IMG/VR virus record: IMGVR_UViG_3300045988_007086
Coordinates: 1 to 47,211 of that record
DNA length: 47,211 nucleotides
Direction: 5' to 3' (one strand)
Origin: a virus
The stretch's first letter is position 1; each line of letters opens with the position of its first letter. The position numbers and the translations under genes were made by a program. Shown one piece after another: positions 41,244 through 47,211 of this stretch. The notes below the pieces were generated by a model, which saw nothing but the letters and a program-made list of their open reading frames with translations, did no database searches and was not told where the DNA came from.

Positions 41244-41633
41244 ATGTTGTGGCAGCTCTGCCGCGAAGCAAAGGAGGCTTCGCATCTCACAAATCAGGCC
41301 ATTGCCGACCGCGCCGGTCTCGCCCTGAATACGGTTTCTCAGTACCTGCGCGGCGAATCAAAAAGCGCCTCTGTCTACACCGTCGGCCCGATCTGCTATG
41401 CCCTCGGCATCGACATGAACGCGTACTTCGGTATCTCGCCGCCCGCTCCGGAATCCGTCTCCGAGCTGCTTCGTCTGGAAAACAAAAGCCTCCGCATCCA
41501 GCGCGATCAGCTTCGAAAATCCCTGAAAATGCACCGCATCACCACCCTTGTCCTGCTCAGCATCGTCGCGCTTTGCGCTTTTGCTCTGGTTGTGGATATC
41601 CTAAGCCCAACCCTCGGTTGGTTCCGTGCATAA
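41244..41633 (+). CDS. Membrane-anchored XRE-type HTH protein (about 129 aa; GTG 41226 alternative start)
   Basis: HTH reads LTNQAIADRAGLALNTVSQYLRGE. C-terminal TM is ITTLVLLSIVALCAFALVV. Confidence 0.65.
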   Translation: MLWQLCREAKEASHLTNQAIADRAGLALNTVSQYLRGESKSASVYTVGPICYALGIDMNAYFGISPPAPESVSELLRLENKSLRIQRDQLRKSLKMHRITTLVLLSIVALCAFALVVDILSPTLGWFRA

Positions 41634-41693
41634 AAAAATAGCCGCCCCGGCGCACTGCCGGAGCGGTATTCTGTATCCCTTGGAGGTGTCCCC

Positions 41694-42734
41694 ATGAAAG
41701 TCCCCGAGCCTCGAAAGCTGAAATCCGGCACATGGTTCATCCAGCTCCGCCTTGGCGGCGAGAGCATCCCCGTCTCCGCCCTCACGCGCTCCGACTGCAT
41801 CAAGCAGGCGCAGCTCATCAAGGCCCAGCACCGCGCCGACGCCCGCGAAATCAAATACAAGACGGACAAGACCGTCCGTGATATTATACAGGATTATATT
41901 GACGCACTGCCCGCCGGTACGTCTCCATCGACAGTGCGAGGCTACTTAAGCGTTGCTTCGACACGATTCGCATCGGTCATGGATAAGACCCCGTCGAGCG
42001 TGCGCGACTGGCAGGCCGTGATCGATGCCGAAGCAAAGTCTGTCTCTCCGAAAACCGTAAAAAATGCGTGGGGCCTGCTTTCGTCTGCCCTGCGCAGCGC
42101 AGAGATCCCCGTCCCACGCATCCGCCTTCCGCAGCCTCACAAGGCGGAGAAACTTTGGCTGGAGCCGGAGCAACTTCCGGAATTCGTTCGACTCATTCAC
42201 GGCGACCGTTTTGAAATTCCTATGCTTTTGGCTCTGCACGGCCTCCGGCGCTCCGAGATTCTCGCCATGACCTACGACAAAATCGACCTTAAACGCGGCA
42301 CCATCACCGTCCACGGTGCCGCAGTCCTCGACCGTGACGGCGCAATGGTGCAAAAGGCCGAAAATAAGAATGCCAGCTCCCGCCGCGTTATCCCGATCAT
42401 GATTCCAGCCCTTGCGGCAGCCATCGAAGCCGTGCCTCCTGAACAGCGCACCGGCTTGATCTACGACGCCAATCCCACAACGTTGTATTGGCGCATAAAT
42501 ACCATCTGCAAAAACAACGGTCTCCCGGCGGTCGGCGTCCACGGCCTGCGCCACAGCTTCGCGTCGCTGGCATATCATCTTGGCTTGTCTGCGCAGGAAA
42601 CAATGGAGCTTGGCGGCTGGGCCGACAGCGATACCATGCTCAAGATTTATACGCACCTCGCGCAGGCCGACCGACTCAAGAGTCAGAATAAAATCGCCGC
42701 CTTTTTCGCAGAAAATGCTAACCAAAATGCTTAA
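41694..42734 (+). CDS. int: Tyrosine recombinase / phage integrase (346 aa)
   Basis: C-terminal catalytic region with LHGLRRSE, HGLRHSFASLA and IYTH (R..HxxR..Y). GGAGGTG upstream of ATG 41694. attP lies immediately downstream. Confidence 0.9.
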   Translation: MKVPEPRKLKSGTWFIQLRLGGESIPVSALTRSDCIKQAQLIKAQHRADAREIKYKTDKTVRDIIQDYIDALPAGTSPSTVRGYLSVASTRFASVMDKTPSSVRDWQAVIDAEAKSVSPKTVKNAWGLLSSALRSAEIPVPRIRLPQPHKAEKLWLEPEQLPEFVRLIHGDRFEIPMLLALHGLRRSEILAMTYDKIDLKRGTITVHGAAVLDRDGAMVQKAENKNASSRRVIPIMIPALAAAIEAVPPEQRTGLIYDANPTTLYWRINTICKNNGLPAVGVHGLRHSFASLAYHLGLSAQETMELGGWADSDTMLKIYTHLAQADRLKSQNKIAAFFAENANQNA

Positions 42735-42779
42735 TTTTCAAAAAGTAATTGTACCCCAACGCTTTTTCGCTTCATTTCT

Positions 42780-42806
42780 TGGGTTCGATTCCCGTACGGG
42801 TCACCA
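42780..42806 (+). other. tRNA 3'-end fragment (attP core) 45 nt downstream of the integrase stop
   Basis: Same 27 nt as 1..27. Preceded by non-tRNA sequence (..ttcatttctt), so it is a fragment and not a gene. Confidence 0.8.
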
Positions 42807-42817
42807 AAAAGAGAAAT

Positions 42818-42851
42818 CCCGCAATTCATTGAGATTGCGGGTTTTTCTTTA
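42818..42851 (+). terminator. Second copy of the tRNA-type terminator
   Basis: Identical to 39..72. Confidence 0.7.
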
Positions 42852-42958
42852 CATACCAACGCTTTCCGGGTTTTTGTGCGTTGTAATATCTGACGCATTC
42901 TTGCATTGTCTGACGCATTCAGGATGCAATTTTCAACACAAAACGCTAACGAAAAATG

Positions 42959-43432
42959 CTAACGTTTTTGCTTCACAATGCACCTGTAATACGCGCAAAG
43001 CTTTTCCTCCGGGCCGGGGCCGTCCTTGTCCATCAAGAACGCCCGCGCCAGTTCCGCGTAGAACTCCGGCACGTTGACTCCGAATTTCCGCGCCACATCG
43101 TAGTAGTCCGAATACATCATGTTCATGGTCACACCCCACGCCCAGCGGGGGATGTCGTGCGGGATGCCGCTCGCATCCGCGACGGCGGAAGTCTGATCCA
43201 TCGTCCAGTGCGGGCCGGTCGTGCCGTCGGCATTCTGCATGCGCTCGGCCCACTGCATGGCCGTCTCTCGGTCAAACTCTGCCGCTTCCGGCTGGTCTTC
43301 GCGGCAGTCCAGCTTTTCCAGCCTGCGGATCGTCTTTGCGTACAGGCCGACTTCCTCCGCGCTGCCCAGCGTCACAGGTTTCTCCATGGCCTCGTGCAGC
43401 TTTGTGTAAAGCTTTTCGATATATTCTTTCAT
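42959..43432 (-). CDS. Second copy of 180..653
   Basis: Identical at +42779. Confidence 0.75.
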   Translation of the reverse strand: MKEYIEKLYTKLHEAMEKPVTLGSAEEVGLYAKTIRRLEKLDCREDQPEAAEFDRETAMQWAERMQNADGTTGPHWTMDQTSAVADASGIPHDIPRWAWGVTMNMMYSDYYDVARKFGVNVPEFYAELARAFLMDKDGPGPEEKLCAYYRCIVKQKR

Positions 43433-43436
43433 CTCG

Positions 43437-43775
43437 TCACGCCTCCTGCATGTATCGGTAGAGTTTGTCCACGTCGTTCTGATCAAAGCGCAGCTCGCCA
43501 ATGATCGGCACCGTGACCGGCAGCTTCTGGCCGTCAAAACGCGGCCTTGCCGCATTATAGAGCCGGTCAAGGTCGATGTTCCCGGCCTCGTCCATTACGC
43601 CCATCATCTTTACCGCCGGATTCTCGCGCAGCGCAAGGATCTTCTCGCGGCTGCCCTCCATGATGAGTGCCAGCATGATCCCGGCCCCGATGCCCTTGCC
43701 GCCCGGCAGGTGTGGAATGACCTCATTGTCCGCGTAGCGCATCGCGCCGCGCATGGCCTGATCTATCGTTACCAT
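43437..43775 (-). CDS. Second copy of 658..996
   Basis: Identical at +42779. Confidence 0.75.
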   Translation of the reverse strand: MVTIDQAMRGAMRYADNEVIPHLPGGKGIGAGIMLALIMEGSREKILALRENPAVKMMGVMDEAGNIDLDRLYNAARPRFDGQKLPVTVPIIGELRFDQNDVDKLYRYMQEA

Positions 43776-43824
43776 AAGGATACCTCCGTGTTAAGAGTGG
43801 GGCGGCGCTTGCCGCCCCTTTTGC

Positions 43825-44460
43825 TTAGCTGTTGCAGCACCCGCCGCACTTCTGGATCGGGTTGTAGAGCGTCTGCGCCGTGGTCGCGGTGCCCGTGGTG
43901 ACGTCGGCGACCTGCTTCGGGTAAAAGGTCGCGTTGACGTAGGTGACGATGGAGTTGTCACCGCAGCAGCGGCGCTCGGCCTCCATCTTGATCGCATCAA
44001 GCGCTTCCTTGCGGACGGACTCGACGTCCTGCTTTACCAGCGTGAAACTGTCCTCAGTGCGCTGGTTGTGGACGGCCTGCTTGCACAGCGCCTCACGGAC
44101 GTCCTTGAGCTGCCTGTCGATATAACCGTACACCTCCAGCATCTTGCCGTCGTTGTACGTGTTGGCCTTGAGCAGCGCGATCTCGCTGTCCTTCGCGGCC
44201 AGCTTCTGCTCCCGGTCGAGATCGTAGCGCGTGACCGGCATGTTCTCGCTGCACGTCGGTTCCTGCTGCCGTGCGGCGAGCATGGCGGCGACCGTCATGG
44301 CAGGCGTAACTGCTGCAACGACGTCAGCGGCTGCCGGCTTGTTGTTCTGTCCGATGCCGCCCAGCAGATTGCCGAGCCCGCCGTTTGCCAGACTCATCGC
44401 AGCGCCGCCGATGCCAAAGCCCAGCGCAGTCCCCGCGAGTCCCTTGCTTGCGTACTCCAT
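43825..44460 (-). CDS. Second copy of 1046..1681
   Basis: Identical at +42779. Confidence 0.7.
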   Translation of the reverse strand: MEYASKGLAGTALGFGIGGAAMSLANGGLGNLLGGIGQNNKPAAADVVAAVTPAMTVAAMLAARQQEPTCSENMPVTRYDLDREQKLAAKDSEIALLKANTYNDGKMLEVYGYIDRQLKDVREALCKQAVHNQRTEDSFTLVKQDVESVRKEALDAIKMEAERRCCGDNSIVTYVNATFYPKQVADVTTGTATTAQTLYNPIQKCGGCCNS

Positions 44461-44618
44461 AGTAGTACCTCCGATAAAATAGTAAGCTGGCCAGCTCCTA
44501 TGCTCATTATGAGGCATCCACGAAGAACAAAAAACCAACTCTTCGGCCACTTTTCGGGCACAAAATGTATAAAAAAACAGCCACTCCATACGGAGTGGCT
44601 GCCTTCACATATGATAGT

Positions 44619-45326
44619 TTAATCCTGTTTTTCAATTGGCATGATCATCTTCTTATGTTCCCGCTTCTTCCAGCACGACTTAAGCCCGTCAATGTGCTCG
44701 AACAAGTCCTTGGGAATGGTTGCCTCCATTGGATCAAGAATGAAGTCAATTCCCTCTCGTCTGGCCAGTTTTGCTGCTGGCACAAAGTCGCTGTCGCCTG
44801 CCAGTAAAATTATCTGATCTACTTGTTTTTTATACGCAAGTGACGCAATATCTAATCCGATGCGCATATCAACGCCTTTCTGGTTGAAGGAGATCGTAAA
44901 ATCTGATTCCGTTAAATCCTCAACGCTTCGTTCCTTTCTGCACAGTGCCTTTGTAGCATCCGCCGAAAGTGCAAAGTGCGCGCCGGCATCAGACAGCCGA
45001 CCCATTCGGAGTGCGACCTTGCGTTTCTTTTTCAATTCTTCAAAAAATGCATTTGCCCAACGATAAGTATCGGATTTTCCAAAGTCGATCCCGCACTTCA
45101 ACGCAGGATGATAGACCGTCTTTTTCAGCGGCGGGCAATCGTAATAGAAGATACGATACAGTTCACGCTCTTCTCTGTGGTCACTATCCTTCCCTTCATC
45201 GCGAATGTGTGCCATGCAGTAGGCATACAATTCGTTTGCGCGGTCAATCGGGCTTTTATCACCCCGAAGGTAAAACGCCCGCTTTCTGTAAAACGCACCA
45301 TCTACAAGAATTGCTGTCTTTTTCAT
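44619..45326 (-). CDS. Second copy of the NYN-domain gene
   Basis: Identical at +42779. Confidence 0.8.
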   Translation of the reverse strand: MKKTAILVDGAFYRKRAFYLRGDKSPIDRANELYAYCMAHIRDEGKDSDHREERELYRIFYYDCPPLKKTVYHPALKCGIDFGKSDTYRWANAFFEELKKKRKVALRMGRLSDAGAHFALSADATKALCRKERSVEDLTESDFTISFNQKGVDMRIGLDIASLAYKKQVDQIILLAGDSDFVPAAKLARREGIDFILDPMEATIPKDLFEHIDGLKSCWKKREHKKMIMPIEKQD

Positions 45327-45519
45327 ATGTCAGCTCCTAAAAAAATGATGAAGCCCCCGGTTGCAGCATTCCCCGTATGAATGGGGTGCTTAATACCGGG
45401 GGCCTGTTAATGGCACAACGGACGTAGTAAACAAACATTACTTTCGTTGTGCTTATATATTATGACAGCAAAAATTCATTGTCAACCCATTTAGTAAAAT
45501 TTAATATTCAGGAGCCGCC

Positions 45520-45744
45520 CTATCCGGGCGGCTCTGTTGCATGTTCCCGCAGTACATTCACGCACCGCGCTATGATCTTCTTGACGCCGTTTACGCTCAG
45601 GCCCTCGCGCTCGGCAATGCGCTCATGGCTCCAATCGTCAAGAATCTTCCGTTTCAGGATTTCCCGGTATCGCTCCGAAAGAATCCATTCGTCGATCAAA
45701 TGCTCCCAATCGCTGCGGCTCAGACTCGGCAGCCCCCGCAGCAT
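45520..45744 (-). CDS. Second copy of the sigma-70 region-4-like HTH gene
   Basis: Identical at +42779. Confidence 0.6.
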   Translation of the reverse strand: MLRGLPSLSRSDWEHLIDEWILSERYREILKRKILDDWSHERIAEREGLSVNGVKKIIARCVNVLREHATEPPG

Positions 45745-45753
45745 ACGCCCTCC

Positions 45754-46449
45754 TTACTTCGTGTCCAGCACGGCGATATTGCCCTTATTGCTGACCCTCA
45801 GGCCCAGCGCGGCGGCGATATCGCGCACCTTTACATAGTTCGTGCCGTTTTTCAGGATACGTTCGACGGCGACCTCCTTGCCGTCCACGATCATTTTGCT
45901 TTTTTCTACCACTTCATCTTCAAACCTTTCCAAGAATTTTTTCCACTGCTCGTTGCCAGTGGTGTGATAGTAGGTGTTCATGTCCGTGCCTACAAAAGGA
46001 CGCGGGCAGTACTTCCCGGACACATCATAGTGCCGGATAATGTGATCAGCCGGAATGTTGTGCTCCTCCATGAGCTTGCAGATGAGCCACTCGGCATTGT
46101 CCAGCACCTTTTTCTCGAAGAACCAGTCTGTGTCGTAGGCTCCCATGCGCTTCGGATTGACCTTCTTCGGTCTCAGCTCTACGCCGATGGAGTTCCAGTT
46201 CCGGCACTCCGGATGCAGCGTACCGTCTCCGCAGTGCCACGCCACATCCGTGTCCTTGACGCACCGGTAAATGATATCGCCCTCGTCTACGGCGTAGTGC
46301 GCGCTGGCTCTGGCCTGCGGGTTTTTGAACCACTCGGCCACGCTGGCCGCAGAGCCGAGTGCGCCGAAGTAGTGGACGACGATCCATTTCGGCGTGCATC
46401 CGCCCGCTCGATGGTTGATCGGCGTGAGTGCGTCCTTAATTACCGGCAT
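45754..46449 (-). CDS. Second copy of the Amidase_2 endolysin
   Basis: Identical at +42779. Confidence 0.9.
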   Translation of the reverse strand: MPVIKDALTPINHRAGGCTPKWIVVHYFGALGSAASVAEWFKNPQARASAHYAVDEGDIIYRCVKDTDVAWHCGDGTLHPECRNWNSIGVELRPKKVNPKRMGAYDTDWFFEKKVLDNAEWLICKLMEEHNIPADHIIRHYDVSGKYCPRPFVGTDMNTYYHTTGNEQWKKFLERFEDEVVEKSKMIVDGKEVAVERILKNGTNYVKVRDIAAALGLRVSNKGNIAVLDTK

Positions 46450-46651
46450 TGGTTGCGCCTCCATCCACTGCATCCTGCACCTTCTGGCTCTGCGTGCCGA
46501 AGTAGAACGCGATGATTACCGCGTAGATTGTCATGAAGTCCTGCGAGATCTTCTCGGCCACCGCCATGTAGGCGAACACGCCCGTCAGAACCAGCGTCAC
46601 AAGGCTCTTCACGCTCAGGAGATTCCCGAGCCGCTTGATGATCTTATCCAT
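46436..46651 (-). CDS. Second copy of the holin
   Basis: Identical at +42779. Confidence 0.75.
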   Translation of the reverse strand: MDKIIKRLGNLLSVKSLVTLVLTGVFAYMAVAEKISQDFMTIYAVIIAFYFGTQSQKVQDAVDGGATNAGN

Positions 46652-46904
46652 CGTATGTACCTCCATCGTCTTTATCATTTGGTTTTGCAAATACTCTCTT
46701 GAGCAGGAGCAAAATCAGCTCCCCGCCGAAGGCCGCGCCCGCGAATACCAGCACATCCGAAAGGTCGCACGTCCTATCCAGCAGGACGGCGGCGGTTTTC
46801 AGGATCATCGCCCATGTGGCCACTGCCGTGAGCATCCACAGGCAGTAGTATACAAGCTCGCGGGCCATACGGCCCTTTGTCCATCGTTTCTTGTCTCTGC
46901 GCAT
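46644..46904 (-). CDS. Second copy of the small lysis-cassette membrane protein
   Basis: Identical at +42779. Confidence 0.6.
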   Translation of the reverse strand: MRRDKKRWTKGRMARELVYYCLWMLTAVATWAMILKTAAVLLDRTCDLSDVLVFAGAAFGGELILLLLKRVFAKPNDKDDGGTYDG

Positions 46905-47211
46905 CAGCCCAGCCCCAGCTTCGCCAGCGCAAATCCAATCAGCCCTGCAAGGATCGCCGTGATAACTCCCTTTACGACCGCCTCCCAGCGGCTTCCCGGC
47001 AGCGCCTTGATGCTTTTCACATCGGCCTTGATCTCGTTCACGTTTTCCTCGATCGCCTCCTGCTTGGTCGCCAGCACCTCCACCGAGGTCGCCAGCTGAT
47101 GCAGCGCCCTGTTGTCTGCCTCCAGCTCATCGATCCTGTGCGAGTTGCTCTTGCATCGCGCCTCCACGGAGGCGATCTGCGCCTGAATTCCATCATCCAT
47201 CTTGATACTCC
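46904..47211 (-). CDS. Second copy of the XhlA-like gene, 5' end cut by the window edge
   Basis: Identical to 4125..4432. Confidence 0.6.
   Translation of the reverse strand, partial: SIKMDDGIQAQIASVEARCKSNSHRIDELEADNRALHQLATSVEVLATKQEAIEENVNEIKADVKSIKALPGSRWEAVVKGVITAILAGLIGFALAKLGLG

Larger units (their letters stand above)
1..42779. mobile_element. One complete unit of a temperate phage genome (lysis/moron region, virion, packaging, early and lysogeny modules, integrase, attP)
   Basis: Contains terminase, portal, capsid, fibres, lysis cassette, repressor and integrase. Sequence restarts identically at 42780. Confidence 0.85.
42780..47211. repeat. Right copy of exact 4,432-bp direct repeat (wrap-around or second tandem unit)
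   Basis: Identical to 1..4432; truncated by the window end. Confidence 0.95.

Overview
The window holds one complete temperate phage genome, as a prophage or a circular/concatemeric form. Positions 1..4432 are repeated exactly at 42780..47211 (offset +42779), so the unit length is 42,779 bp and the window wraps around it. By inference the host is a high-GC Gram-positive, probably Clostridia-like: GGAGG ribosome-binding sites (RBS), roughly 60% GC by eye, and an XhlA/holin/Amidase_2 lysis cassette.

Nearly all genes are on the minus strand. Read in the direction of transcription they run as follows.
- Early/replication module (39201 down to 29588): many small Cys-rich proteins, a radical-SAM protein, a DUF1064 protein, an orphan N6/N4 DNA methyltransferase and an HUH Rep-like protein.
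- Packaging genes TerS and TerL.
- Virion module with no recognisable tail tube, sheath or chaperone genes: a 584-aa protein between TerL and portal, then portal, scaffold and an N4-gp56-type major capsid.
- A 3,042-aa giant multidomain protein, which takes up 21% of the genome.
- Two collagen-like fibres and a tail fibre with an embedded tyrosine-phosphatase-like domain (HCTAGADRTG).
- Lysis cassette.
- A moron region next to attP that includes a self-contained, AT-rich NYN-domain (PIN-like RNase) gene.

The plus strand carries the lysogeny module. It comprises a 143-aa membrane protein, a CI-like XRE repressor, a membrane zinc-ribbon protein with a CTG start that the ORF track misses, a membrane-anchored HTH protein and a tyrosine integrase. 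This is followed by an attP that contains the 3' end of a tRNA plus its terminator.

The most interesting items are the giant polyvalent-type virion protein, the phosphatase-like tail fibre, the NYN moron, the phage radical-SAM gene and a face-to-face promoter switch. All functional calls rest on motifs read by eye. No database search was possible.
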